The notes under the pieces: generated by a model
Told to the model about the DNA's origin: nothing
The model's input: only the letters and a program-made list of their open reading frames with translations
Databases searched by the model: none
Assembly (NCBI GenBank): GCA_045578765.1
Contig: JAZNKV010000016.1
Location: 26,796 to 90,795 of the forward strand
Source of the DNA: Christensenellaceae bacterium
GTDB lineage: Bacteria > Bacillota > Clostridia > Christensenellales > Borkfalkiaceae
Reading direction: 5' to 3'
DNA: 64,000 nucleotides
Made by a program: the position numbers and the translations under genes
Shown here: one piece after another, positions 1 through 9,195 of the stretch
Layout of the letters: each line of letters starts with the position of its first letter
Numbering within the stretch: the first letter of the stretch is position 1

Positions 1-234
1 TTGCCTAAGGGCATATCTCGTGGAGACCAAGTATTAAATGCAAAATATTTTCAGCGTTTAGGTTTAGCTACTGTTTTGGAACAAAGCTCACTAACCGAAC
101 AATCACTAATTACTGCGATCAATAGCACCCTCTCTAGTAAAAGCGAGTTTAATAAAAATTTCAAAAAAACACCAATTATTGATGCTAGCAGAAAAATTTC
201 ACGAGAACTTATTGATTGCATTAAGCCACAATAG
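1..234 (+). CDS. C-terminal fragment of a GT28 (MurG-like) glycosyltransferase; the 5' part lies outside the window
   Basis: The ORF is open from the window edge. The SRGDQVLNAKYF motif and helical tail resemble the C-terminal half of Firmicute MurG-type UDP-GlcNAc transferases (from memory, not searched). Confidence 0.5.
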   Translation: MPKGISRGDQVLNAKYFQRLGLATVLEQSSLTEQSLITAINSTLSSKSEFNKNFKKTPIIDASRKISRELIDCIKPQ

Positions 235-460
235 TTGCCACGTAAAGTTTTGTGGTCCTTTCTACTACGTTTAACCCTTTATTATTTTTAAAATAACCCG
301 AAAGATAGGTTTCTATGTTTTCGGGATTTTTTTTACAAAAAACTTTTTGATTTTCTGCGCGACCATTATTACATATTTCTCTATTGTCTTTAATATAAGT
401 TTTTACGCTTGTCTTTATATAACTTTTTGTAAAAAATGTTTTTATTATTTTTTCAAACAT
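221..460 (-). CDS. possible small Lys-rich protein (79 aa from the ATG at 460), unknown function
   Basis: The ATG at 460 has GGGAGG (466-471) 5 nt upstream. However, the ORF runs through the plus-strand terminator hairpin and overlaps the GT28 stop. No family recognised. Confidence 0.25.
   Translation of the reverse strand: MFEKIIKTFFTKSYIKTSVKTYIKDNREICNNGRAENQKVFCKKNPENIETYLSGYFKNNKGLNVVERTTKLYVATIVA
297..334 (+). terminator. rho-independent terminator downstream of the GT28 gene
   Basis: cccgaaa (297-303) pairs with tttcggg (319-325), with inner atag/ctat pairs. A T8 run follows (327-334). Confidence 0.55.
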
Positions 461-500
461 GACAACCTCCCTATCACAACTATAAAATACCATCTGTATT

Positions 501-551
501 TGACATACGCTTGTCATATTGATTGACATTTTTATAAATTTGTATTAAAAT
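501..551 (+). promoter_or_regulatory. sigma-A-type promoter of the WYL regulator gene, preceded by a palindrome
   Basis: TTGACA 523-528, 17-nt spacer, TAAAAT 546-551. An inverted repeat TGACA (501-505) N6 TGTCA (512-516) lies just upstream. Confidence 0.45.
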
Positions 552-575
552 ATGTTTAGACGGAGAAGAAAATTT

Positions 576-1502
576 ATGAAAAACGAAATTATAATAAGAA
601 TATTGTTTGATTTATTGTCAAAAAAATGCGTAAAAGCTTCATATCTTGCCCAAAAATATGAAGTTAGCGTTAGGAGCATTCATCGCTACATAAACTGTTT
701 AGAAATGGCTGGAGTACCCATTTATACGATACGTGGTAATAATGGTGGTTTTGCAATCGTTGACTCCTATAAACTTTCAGCGACATTTATGTCTATAAAC
801 GAGTTTGAGCAAACAATTAACGCGCTTTCCGCTTTTGTTGAAGGTGTCCCCAACTCTACTCTATCAAACGTTATTAATAAGTTAAAAGCGATAAAAAAGA
901 ACGAATATAGTGGATTTAATATTAAAAGTGGCAATCTAATAATAGATGCTGGCCCTTGGGGTGACGCAGTTGGATATAAAAGTAAACTTATTGTTGTTCA
1001 AAAAGCCATTGAAGAAAACAAAAAATTGCAGATTAAATATCACGATAGAAATGGTGACGTTACAGAAAGAATTATCCACCCACACGTAATAGTTTTCAAA
1101 CAAGGGCTATGGTATGTGTTCGCATACTGTGAGATGAGAAAAGATTTTAGATTTTTTAAAACGGGTAGAATTGAGTTTGCTAACATTTGCGATCAAAGTT
1201 TTGAAAGGCAAAATATATCTAACAAAGATTTACCTTTAAATTTTTGGCAAGCAAGCATTGAAACTGAAAATGTTGTTTTGGAAGTTGATAAAAAATACTT
1301 ATCCGATATTGAAGAGTGGCTTGGCATTGAAAACGTTCACTTAATAAATGGTAAACACCTCGCAGAAGCAAAACTTCCTTTTGATGACGGATTAGTTTCA
1401 AAAATAATGAGTTATGGAAATGGCATAAAAGTTATTAGCCCGCAAAATCTAAAAGAAAAAATAAAAAAATGTGCACTAGAACTAGTGAACATTTATAAAT
1501 AA
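576..1502 (+). CDS. YafY-family transcriptional regulator (N-terminal HTH + WYL domain)
   Basis: HTH segment LAQKYEVSVRSIHRYINCLEMAGVPI and WYL-type core GLWYVFAYC. The ATG at 576 has GGAGAAG 7-8 nt upstream. The ATG at 552 lies next to the predicted -10 box, so it is unlikely to be the start. Confidence 0.8.
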   Translation: MKNEIIIRILFDLLSKKCVKASYLAQKYEVSVRSIHRYINCLEMAGVPIYTIRGNNGGFAIVDSYKLSATFMSINEFEQTINALSAFVEGVPNSTLSNVINKLKAIKKNEYSGFNIKSGNLIIDAGPWGDAVGYKSKLIVVQKAIEENKKLQIKYHDRNGDVTERIIHPHVIVFKQGLWYVFAYCEMRKDFRFFKTGRIEFANICDQSFERQNISNKDLPLNFWQASIETENVVLEVDKKYLSDIEEWLGIENVHLINGKHLAEAKLPFDDGLVSKIMSYGNGIKVISPQNLKEKIKKCALELVNIYK

Positions 1503-1507
1503 GCATT

Positions 1508-1542
1508 AAAAAACTACCACTATCAATAGTGGTAGTTTTTTT
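1508..1542. terminator. bidirectional terminator between convergent genes
   Basis: A 10-bp perfect stem, aaactaccac (1511-1520) with gtggtagttt (1529-1538), is flanked by an A run and a T run. Confidence 0.7.
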
Positions 1543-2500
1543 AGAATTCTTTTCTTGTACTCCTTGAAAACAAGTTCAAGAATACTTCCATAGGCTGTTT
1601 ATTTTCATACAATATAGAATAAACAGCATTAGTTATAGGCAAATCAACGTTATACTTATCGCCCAAAGCTTTCATTGCTTTAGACGTGCTTACGCCTTCT
1701 GCGAGCTTCTTAAACGGAAGACCTTTAACAAACGATTCTCCAAAGTTTCTGTTATTTGAATACTCTGAAAATAGCGTTGTTTCATAGTCGCCGAGATGAC
1801 ATAGGCCATAAGCCGATAATTCATTTCCGCCCATAGCTTTAATAAGCCTTGCAACTTCTCTTGCGCCACGCGCCATCAAAGGACCTTTAAGGGTGGTGTA
1901 TCCACCGCCATCAAGCATTCCTGCAGCAATTCCCATTACGTTTTTTGCCGCAGCGCCAATTTCGCTTCCAATAATGTCGTCTCCGTAATAAAATCTTATT
2001 AAGTTCCCACGTAAATTATCAGCAAGATATTTTACCAAATCTTTATTGTACGCATCAATGACCATACAGTTAGGGAAGCCTTTTGTAAAGGCTTGAATGT
2101 GACCTGGTCCCACCCAAACCGCAACAGAGTCTTTATCAACACCGCACTCTATCATAACTTCGCTAAGTCGTTTGCCTGTATCAAGTTCTATACCTTTCAT
2201 GCACAGAACAATTTTCTTGGCTTTAATCCCTAATTGAACTAATTTTGTAGCAAACGAGCGCAATGATTGTGAACTAATTGATATGATGATTACGTCGCTT
2301 TTGTCAACGGCAAACTTTAGGTCGGGAGTTAAAATAATTCTCTTATCAAGTTCAACGTATTCGTTCTTTCCAGTACTTTTTAACACGTCAAAACTGTAGT
2401 GTCCTTCAGTTCCCCATTGAATTACGTTGTGTCCATTATTAACCAAATACCAACCGATAAACGATCCCCATCTACCACAACCAAGTACAGATATATTCAT
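1541..2500 (-). CDS. gpsA: NAD(P)H-dependent glycerol-3-phosphate dehydrogenase family protein
   Basis: 319 aa. It has an N-terminal Rossmann motif (VLGCGRWGS) and a GpsA-like C-terminal domain (GAAAKNVMGIAAG, GLCHLGD). Confidence 0.75.
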   Translation of the reverse strand: MNISVLGCGRWGSFIGWYLVNNGHNVIQWGTEGHYSFDVLKSTGKNEYVELDKRIILTPDLKFAVDKSDVIIISISSQSLRSFATKLVQLGIKAKKIVLCMKGIELDTGKRLSEVMIECGVDKDSVAVWVGPGHIQAFTKGFPNCMVIDAYNKDLVKYLADNLRGNLIRFYYGDDIIGSEIGAAAKNVMGIAAGMLDGGGYTTLKGPLMARGAREVARLIKAMGGNELSAYGLCHLGDYETTLFSEYSNNRNFGESFVKGLPFKKLAEGVSTSKAMKALGDKYNVDLPITNAVYSILYENKQPMEVFLNLFSRSTRKEF

Positions 2501-2509
2501 AACGTCTCC

Positions 2510-3103
2510 TTAAAGAATCTTACGGTCAACAAACGCTCTTGCAAGGCTAACTTCGTCAGCATAATCTAAGTCGGTACCGATAGGAATACCATGCGCTAAA
2601 CGCGTAACTTTAACACCAAGTGGTTTTAACAAGTTAGAGATATACATTGCCGTTGCTTCACCCTCAACGTCTGGATTTGTTGCCATTATGACTTCACTTA
2701 CCCTGCTTTTAGCTATTCTTTCAAGTAGCCCTTTTATATTTATATCGTTAGGGCCTATACCATCAAGCGGTGAAATCGTTCCGTGCAAAACGTGATAAAC
2801 GCCGTTAAACTCATTAAGTTTTTCGATGGCAATAACGTCCTTAGGCTCCTTAACCACACAAATAGTTTCCGCAGAGCGATTTTTACAAACGTCACAAATT
2901 TCGCCTTCGGCAAAGTTGCCACAAATAGAACAATAGCGCACATTCTTCTTTACGTTGATTATAGCCTCAGCAAAATTCTTTGCCTGTTCTTCGCTCATGT
3001 TTATAACTTTATACGCAAAGCGTTGTGCAGTTTTTGCGCCTACACCTGGTAATTTGGAAAATTCGTTTATTAATTTGCCAATAGGTTCAATGTAAACATT
3101 CAT
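2510..3103 (-). CDS. recR: recombination protein RecR
   Basis: It has an HhH N-terminus (LPGVGAKTAQR), a C4 zinc finger (CSICGNFAEGEICDVC) and a Toprim domain. It follows ybaB and dnaX, as is typical. Confidence 0.92.
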   Translation of the reverse strand: MNVYIEPIGKLINEFSKLPGVGAKTAQRFAYKVINMSEEQAKNFAEAIINVKKNVRYCSICGNFAEGEICDVCKNRSAETICVVKEPKDVIAIEKLNEFNGVYHVLHGTISPLDGIGPNDINIKGLLERIAKSRVSEVIMATNPDVEGEATAMYISNLLKPLGVKVTRLAHGIPIGTDLDYADEVSLARAFVDRKIL

Positions 3104-3104
3104 T

Positions 3105-3440
3105 TTATAGACCTAAACCTGCAAATTTACCCATTTTTTCTTCATAAACCTCATCAGCAGTATCATAGCCATCATTAAGCGCTGCAATAATAAGGTCTTC
3201 AAGCATTGTCAAATCGTCCATATCGACAGCCTTTGGATCAATGGTAATGCCCGTAACTTCTTTTTTAGCGGTCATAGTAACTTTAACCAAGCCACTTCCA
3301 GCACTGCCTTCAACTTCAGTTTCCTCAAGTTCAGCTTGCGCCTTTTGCATTTCTTCTTGCATTTTTTGAGCTTGTCTCATCAAATTTTGCATTTGGTTGT
3401 TCCCTCCACCGAAACCACCAAAACCACCTCTGTATGCCAT
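3105..3440 (-). CDS. ybaB: YbaB/EbfC family nucleoid-associated protein
   Basis: 111 aa with a Gly-rich N-terminus and the conserved core GSAGSGLVKVTMTAKKEV. It lies between dnaX and recR. Confidence 0.88.
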   Translation of the reverse strand: MAYRGGFGGFGGGNNQMQNLMRQAQKMQEEMQKAQAELEETEVEGSAGSGLVKVTMTAKKEVTGITIDPKAVDMDDLTMLEDLIIAALNDGYDTADEVYEEKMGKFAGLGL

Positions 3441-3461
3441 AATTTATCTCCTTTTCTCTCT

Positions 3462-5060
3462 TTATTTTATAATAACTATATCGTCACCAAATATTTTTTT
3501 AACTCTTTCAGTAGCCTTGTCAACTTCATTTAACGACTTAACTAACGAAGAAAGTTTTACTTGAATTTCAAATGGTAAAAATTCTTCAAGCGCTTGTTCG
3601 ATATTCCCTCTATTTATTGATCTATCTAACAAATCTTGATCATCTGCGGATTGTGAAGTTATTACTAAAACGTTACCAACTACACTTATGTCAACTGCTT
3701 GAATTACACTCCAAAGCAGTTCACACCCCATCTTCCTTAAGTTAAGAAGAAGCTTACCTTTAATATCATCAATCGACACTTCTTGAATAGACTTTTTTAT
3801 GTTTGCATTTGATGATTCTTTATTAGACTTATCTTCTACTGGTTTTTCTATTTGAACAGTATCACGTTTTTTAGCGTCAACGTTTACACTGTCATTTTTA
3901 ACCATATAGCCGTTTTGAATTTTAATTTCTAAATCTTTAATTCTTGACATCAAGGCGTCTATGTTATAATCCGCATCGGGTTTTGCCACTTTAACTGCCG
4001 CAGTCTCAAATATAATTCTTGGATTAGTTGCGTATTTAAGTGAGTTTTCTGCATCGGTAAAAATTTCTAATGCGCGCACAAACCTATCTTCACTAACCGT
4101 ATTTGCAACGCTTTCATAAATGCTAAATTTTTCTTCCGGTAGTGCTAAAATAGAGTTTGCTTCTACACACGTTTTAATTATTAGCATATCTCTTAAAACT
4201 GAAATTATATCTTTAGTTAAAACTCCAATACTCTTTCCTGACGCACATAATTCGTTAACCATAAAAAGAACTTTACCCGAATCACCCATAAGTAGATTAT
4301 TTATAAAGCTTACGATAAGTTCATTATTGGTAGAGCCCAAAACGTCCATTACGTCGTTATAAGTAAGAGGTCCATCATTATATGAAAGAGCAATGTCAGC
4401 AATTGACAACGCATCACGAATACTACCTTCACCAGCTTTAGCTAACGCAAAAATCGCTTCTTTTTCATATTTTTTACCTTGTTCATCATAAATTTTTGAA
4501 ATTAAGTTAGCTATCTTTTCATTAGAAATTAGCCTGAAATCAAATCTCATACAACGTGACAATATGGTTGCAGGTATTTTATGAACTTCGGTAGTTGCCA
4601 AAATAAATACTGCATGTTTTGGCGGTTCTTCAAGAGTTTTTAATAACGCGTTAAAAGCCGCGCCTGTAAGCATATGAACTTCATCAATAATATAAACTTT
4701 ATACTTACAAGAAACGGGCGGATATTGAACTTTTTCCCTTAAATCTCTAATTTCGTTAACACCGTTGTTTGATGCGGCATCAATTTCAATAACGTCTATA
4801 TTTGATGGTTGAGAAATAGCTTGGCAGACAGCACACATTCCGCACGGAGAGCCGTTTATCGGCGACAAGCAATTGATTGCTTTAGCAAAAATTTTAGCTG
4901 CAGAAGTTTTACCCGTACCACGCGTACCTGTAAATAAATAAGCATGCCCAAGCCTTCCGCTAACAATCTGATTTACTAGCGTTTTTACTATATGCTCCTG
5001 ACCTATTAAGTTTTCAAAAGTCTTAGGACGATATTTTCTATAAAGTGCTAAATACGCCAT
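3462..5060 (-). CDS. dnaX: DNA polymerase III subunit gamma/tau
   Basis: Walker A GTRGTGKTS, zinc module CGMCAVCQ, and SRC motif (TILSRCMRF). Confidence 0.92.
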   Translation of the reverse strand: MAYLALYRKYRPKTFENLIGQEHIVKTLVNQIVSGRLGHAYLFTGTRGTGKTSAAKIFAKAINCLSPINGSPCGMCAVCQAISQPSNIDVIEIDAASNNGVNEIRDLREKVQYPPVSCKYKVYIIDEVHMLTGAAFNALLKTLEEPPKHAVFILATTEVHKIPATILSRCMRFDFRLISNEKIANLISKIYDEQGKKYEKEAIFALAKAGEGSIRDALSIADIALSYNDGPLTYNDVMDVLGSTNNELIVSFINNLLMGDSGKVLFMVNELCASGKSIGVLTKDIISVLRDMLIIKTCVEANSILALPEEKFSIYESVANTVSEDRFVRALEIFTDAENSLKYATNPRIIFETAAVKVAKPDADYNIDALMSRIKDLEIKIQNGYMVKNDSVNVDAKKRDTVQIEKPVEDKSNKESSNANIKKSIQEVSIDDIKGKLLLNLRKMGCELLWSVIQAVDISVVGNVLVITSQSADDQDLLDRSINRGNIEQALEEFLPFEIQVKLSSLVKSLNEVDKATERVKKIFGDDIVIIK

Positions 5061-5074
5061 TTTTCTCCTTTTCT

Positions 5075-5662
5075 TTAACCTTTTATCGCTACAAGAACTT
5101 TCCTTTTAATTCTTTGTAGCGCATTGTCAACAGATTTCTCTTTTTTACCAACTTTTTCGCTAATTTCTTTTTGTGAATAACCTTCTAAATATAGTTTTAA
5201 TATCTTTAGTTCATATCCACTTAACTTTGTGCTAATTTTTTGTTTAAGTTCGCACACCGTTTCATCGTCTATATACTTATCTTCGGGATTTGGCGAAGTC
5301 CCCATAACGATTTTAGATTTATCTAAATCACCATCTTCAACCCCAGAAAGAGAAACGTAGTTTTTTAGTGGTTGATTTTTGTTTGTGTTTGAACTTTTAA
5401 TCACCGTTAAAATTCTACTTTTAATACATAAATAAGCATAGCTTTTAAAGCTAGCTTTGCCGTTATACGTGTTTATTGCCTTAAAGACAGCAACTAAACC
5501 TTCTTGCACTAAATCTTCAGTATCTCCACCAGATAAGAAGTATGAACGCGCAACGGCTAAAACAATGCGCTTATATCGTTCAAACAATTCGTCAATCGCA
5601 TTTGGCGCATTACTTTTGGACAAAGCGACAAGCTCTTCATCCGTGAGTTTTTTAAAATCCAT
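5075..5662 (-). CDS. sigH: sigma-70 family sigma factor, SigH-like
   Basis: Region 2 is DLVQEGLVAVFKAINTY and the region 4 HTH is SQKEISEKVGKKEKSVDNALQRIKRK. It sits after mrnC-rlmB as in Bacillus. The start is placed at the internal ATG (MDFKKL), directly after the rlmB stop. Confidence 0.7.
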   Translation of the reverse strand: MDFKKLTDEELVALSKSNAPNAIDELFERYKRIVLAVARSYFLSGGDTEDLVQEGLVAVFKAINTYNGKASFKSYAYLCIKSRILTVIKSSNTNKNQPLKNYVSLSGVEDGDLDKSKIVMGTSPNPEDKYIDDETVCELKQKISTKLSGYELKILKLYLEGYSQKEISEKVGKKEKSVDNALQRIKRKVLVAIKG

Positions 5663-5663
5663 T

Positions 5664-6392
5664 TTATTTACACTTCTCCGCACGCTGACGCATAACTTCA
5701 AAGACTGCTATACCACAAGCAACCGAAGCGTTTAGCGAGTTTACTTTACCATGCATAGGAATTGAAACTATTCCATCACACTTCTCTTTTGTTAAACGTT
5801 TAACGCCACTATCCTCTCCACCTATCACCAAACAAATTTTGCCAGTTAAATTGGATTTATAAATGTTTTCTCCACCAACCTCTGCACCGTAAACCCAAAA
5901 TCCGTTATCTTTTAACGTATCAATTGCGTTATTTATGTTAGTAACTTTTGCCACCTTTACGTGATTTAGCGCACCAGCCGAAATTCTCATAACCGTGTCG
6001 GTAACAGACGCGCTTCTATCTTTACCAATAATAAGTCCTTGCGCCCCTGCGCACTCTAAAACTCTAATAATGCTTCCAAGGTTGTGCGGATCTAGAATTT
6101 CATTCAAAATTACAACTAAACTATTTTCTTCAGTACAGTCTTCTAAAATATCGTCAACGTCAAAATATTTGTAATCAGATACGTATGCGATAAAGCCCTG
6201 ATGGCGCTTACTTTCGCTTTCCTTTTCAATAACGTATTTATCTACGGATTGAAGTTTTATTTTATGCGAACGAATGACGTTAATTAAACGCTTACTTGCA
6301 TCATCTTTTAAGTCTTTTTGTACTAAAATTTTATCAATTTCTTTGTCAGTTTTTAATAATTCGTAAACTGAATTTCTACCTTCAATCTTCAT
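5664..6392 (-). CDS. rlmB: 23S rRNA (guanosine-2'-O)-methyltransferase RlmB (SpoU/TrmH family)
   Basis: SpoU motifs LDPHNLGSIIR, LVIGGEDSGV and IPMHGKVNSLNASVA are present. Confidence 0.85.
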   Translation of the reverse strand: MKIEGRNSVYELLKTDKEIDKILVQKDLKDDASKRLINVIRSHKIKLQSVDKYVIEKESESKRHQGFIAYVSDYKYFDVDDILEDCTEENSLVVILNEILDPHNLGSIIRVLECAGAQGLIIGKDRSASVTDTVMRISAGALNHVKVAKVTNINNAIDTLKDNGFWVYGAEVGGENIYKSNLTGKICLVIGGEDSGVKRLTKEKCDGIVSIPMHGKVNSLNASVACGIAVFEVMRQRAEKCK

Positions 6393-6786
6393 CTTTAATT
6401 CCTTTATTGAGTAAAAAAGTTAATCTATCGTTGTCACCAATTAGGTGTAAATATCCAACAACGGCTTCTAGCCCCGTTGACATATTGTACTCTGCAACAG
6501 TCGCATGTTTTGCTTTGGTGCTCTTTTTTGCGTTCCTTGCGCGCTTGAATATTGCAAGTTCTTCATCGTTTAATAATGGAAGAATATCTGCAACAAATTC
6601 AGCTTGAGCGGTTGCTTTAACGCGCGCTGTCGCAAGCTTGTTTAACTGCCCTGTTTTTGAGTCGCTCTTAAAAGTCAGCTCTTCTCTTATAAAAAGCGAA
6701 AATACAGCATCACCCACAAAAGCTAAAACTAAAGGGTTTAAGTTTTTAGCCTTTAGGCTATCCATTTTCTCACCGAGTTTATACAA
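6382..6786 (-). CDS. mrnC: mini-ribonuclease 3
   Basis: 134 aa with an RNase III-like signature (LAFVGDAV) and YNMSTGLEAVVGYL. It overlaps the rlmB start. An alternative start lies at 6765. Confidence 0.8.
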   Translation of the reverse strand: MYKLGEKMDSLKAKNLNPLVLAFVGDAVFSLFIREELTFKSDSKTGQLNKLATARVKATAQAEFVADILPLLNDEELAIFKRARNAKKSTKAKHATVAEYNMSTGLEAVVGYLHLIGDNDRLTFLLNKGIKDED

Positions 6787-6840
6787 CTTACACTACTCCA
6801 ATTTTCTTTATATTTATATTATACAATAATTTGTATAAAA

Positions 6841-6871
6841 AAACAATAAAATAGCCCCTTTTTATGGGGCT
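6841..6871 (-). terminator. terminator after the cwlD-like gene
   Basis: tagcccc (6851-6857) pairs with ggggcta (6865-6871). A T-rich run follows on the minus strand (plus-strand aacaataaaa, 6841-6850). Confidence 0.65.
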
Positions 6872-6882
6872 AAATTATGTAT

Positions 6883-7593
6883 TTATTTCTCAAATGCATT
6901 TTGCGCTAAATATGTAACCACACCTTTAAATATCGTATATGCTAGTTCATCCTGATACGTTGAATTTATCAATAACTTTTCATCTTCAGGGTTCGATAAA
7001 AAGCCACATTCTGCTATTACTGAAGGATAATTTGAGCAATTTAAGATATAATAATCACCCGTAAGCGCGGAACACGTTCTTGTGGCCTGAGGCATATTAT
7101 TAAAACAACTTTGTAAACTTTGCGCTAGTAATTTAGAATTTTCATCTTGCGGTTTATAAAACACTTGAGCACCACGTCTTGTCGATACACTAAATTTGTT
7201 CAAATGTATGCTTATAACCAAATTCGGCTTTACTTTGTTAATAATATCGCGCCGTTTTTCCATATCTTTTCGTTTTAAATTTTTTGTTGCCACACCATAT
7301 AGTCCAGCTTCAGAACTACGCGTAAGCACAACAATAAACCCCGCACTCACCAAGTATTTCTCAACTTTTTTTGTTAAAATTAGATTCAAATCACTTTCCT
7401 TTACTCCCGTAGTAACACCTGTTACTCCACCGTCAATTCCGCCATGACCAGCATCTAAAACAATTTTAATCTTATATGATGACGAACTCTCTGCAGACGT
7501 TTTTATCAAAGCACCAAAACACAAAACAAACGTTAAGGCCGTTGCAATCAATACAGAAATCACAATTAAACTTCTTTTTCTAAATACAATCAT
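6883..7593 (-). CDS. cwlD: N-acetylmuramoyl-L-alanine amidase, CwlD-like (Amidase_3), membrane anchored
   Basis: It has an N-terminal TM helix plus DAGHGGIDGG, ISIHLN and ECGFLSN motifs. Size and architecture fit the germination-specific amidase. Confidence 0.72.
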   Translation of the reverse strand: MIVFRKRSLIVISVLIATALTFVLCFGALIKTSAESSSSYKIKIVLDAGHGGIDGGVTGVTTGVKESDLNLILTKKVEKYLVSAGFIVVLTRSSEAGLYGVATKNLKRKDMEKRRDIINKVKPNLVISIHLNKFSVSTRRGAQVFYKPQDENSKLLAQSLQSCFNNMPQATRTCSALTGDYYILNCSNYPSVIAECGFLSNPEDEKLLINSTYQDELAYTIFKGVVTYLAQNAFEK

Positions 7594-7604
7594 ATTATCC
7601 CCTT

Positions 7605-7680
7605 AATGTTGATAACTAGCCCAAAATGGTGTACTTATCCACACTTATTAGGCTAAAAACAAAAATGAATGTTGATAACT
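7605..7680. repeat. two exact 13-nt direct repeats (aatgttgataact) upstream of cwlD
   Basis: The copies are at 7605-7617 and 7668-7680. The proximal copy abuts the cwlD SD. Confidence 0.9.
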
Positions 7681-7730
7681 TACTTTATATTTATAGTTTA
7701 AATTTTCAAAATTTATGTATTAGAATAGCG

Positions 7731-7764
7731 TTAAAATAAGAAAAGCGCACCTATTTGTACGCTT
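7731..7764 (-). terminator. terminator after rlmD
   Basis: An imperfect 8-bp stem (7743-7750 with 7757-7764, one mismatch) is followed by a T-rich tract on the minus strand. Confidence 0.5.
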
Positions 7765-7783
7765 TAAATTTTTATTATAAAGA

Positions 7784-9187
7784 TCAAATCTTTTTCAAGC
7801 AAACCACTGTCTCTATGTGCTTAGTTTGAGCAAACATATCGAAAGTACGAACGTAGTCTATCTCATAACGATTTTTAGGATCTTTTGCCTTAACAACTTG
7901 TCCATCAACCATCTCAAGTGTTCCAACAAGTAGACCAATATCCCTAGCTAACGTTGATGGTTTGCATGATACGTAAACTATTTTATCAATTCTACTCTTA
8001 ATTATACTATCTATAACAGCATATTCACAGCCTTTTCGTGGCGGATCTAATACAATTGCAATTTTTGAACCGTTTTGCTTTTCTTTACGAATTATGTCTG
8101 GCAAAATAACTTCGCATTTCCCTAATATATTCTTAACTTTATGGTCAAGTTTGTTTATAGCCATTAAGTCATTTGCGCACTCAACTGCTTCAGGAATAAT
8201 TTCTATACCTATTACGCTCTTCGCGTCCTTGGCTAGTAATGCAGTCATGAGCCCCGCACCACTATACGCATCAATAACGACCGTATCATCATCAGCGCAA
8301 GCAAGCTCTCTTACGGTTGAATAAAGCTTAGAACAAACCGACGTGTTTACTTGCATAAAAGATTGAACACCAATCTTATATTTAACACCAAACATTTCAG
8401 CAGTATAGCTTTCTGGGCCGTAATGTAATATAAATTTTTCGCCATAAATTACGTTAGTATTTTTATCATTAACATTTTGATAAAGCGAAAACGGGTATTT
8501 TAAATTGTCATTCAAAATTTCAATTAGAGTATCTTTTTGTTTAAGTTCCGTGCCAACTGTAACGACAGTTATTATAAGATTACCCTTGACTTCTTTGGCC
8601 GTTATTTCTCTAATATCACCTATACCACTAGCTTCATCATACCCTATAACGCCACACTTGTCTATATATTGCTTAAACGAAGAAATAATATTAGCCGTCC
8701 ATGGAGCGTTAATAAGACAATCGTTTATAGCAATAACTCTATGCGAATTTTCTGCAAAGAACCCTATTTCAGTGCCGTTTTTAGTATAGCATACGGGCAA
8801 CTGAAGCTTATTTCTATATCTAAACTCATTGTCGCCACGAACAGTACTTTTAACGGAAACGTTTAGATTTGCCACCTTCCTAAAAGTAACGGCAACGGCT
8901 TCTTCTTTAATTTTAAGTTGGTTTACGTATTTAATATGTTGGAGCTGACACCCACCACACTTGCTAAAAACAGGACATTTCGCCCTAATTCTTTCTTCTG
9001 CGGGCGTTAAAATTTCAACAGCCTTGCCGTAGACGCATTTTGAAGCAACTTTTAACACCTTAAAACGCACTTTTTCGCCCATCAACGTAAACGGAACAAA
9101 AATAATTCGGTTATCAAGTTTTATCACACCTTCACCGTTTGAACCCATTCCTATAACGGTTCCGATAAGTTCTTGATTTTTCTCCAT
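7784..9187 (-). CDS. rlmD: 23S rRNA (uracil-C5)-methyltransferase RlmD/RumA family
   Basis: It has an N-terminal TRAM domain, the Fe-S cysteines CPVFSKCGGCQLQH, and SAM-binding motifs DAYSGAGL and DPPRKG. Confidence 0.85.
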   Translation of the reverse strand: MEKNQELIGTVIGMGSNGEGVIKLDNRIIFVPFTLMGEKVRFKVLKVASKCVYGKAVEILTPAEERIRAKCPVFSKCGGCQLQHIKYVNQLKIKEEAVAVTFRKVANLNVSVKSTVRGDNEFRYRNKLQLPVCYTKNGTEIGFFAENSHRVIAINDCLINAPWTANIISSFKQYIDKCGVIGYDEASGIGDIREITAKEVKGNLIITVVTVGTELKQKDTLIEILNDNLKYPFSLYQNVNDKNTNVIYGEKFILHYGPESYTAEMFGVKYKIGVQSFMQVNTSVCSKLYSTVRELACADDDTVVIDAYSGAGLMTALLAKDAKSVIGIEIIPEAVECANDLMAINKLDHKVKNILGKCEVILPDIIRKEKQNGSKIAIVLDPPRKGCEYAVIDSIIKSRIDKIVYVSCKPSTLARDIGLLVGTLEMVDGQVVKAKDPKNRYEIDYVRTFDMFAQTKHIETVVCLKKI

Positions 9188-9195
9188 AAACTTCC

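Noticed and set aside
5061-5074. SRP RNA (scRNA) immediately upstream of dnaX, as in Bacillus subtilis
   Set aside because: Only 14 nt separate dnaX from the sigH-like gene, so there is no room for an RNA gene.
7594-7783. Sporulation sigma-factor (sigma-E/sigma-G) promoter for cwlD
   Set aside because: GGATAA-18-CTAGTTA is only a weak match to the consensus elements I recall, which is not enough to call it.
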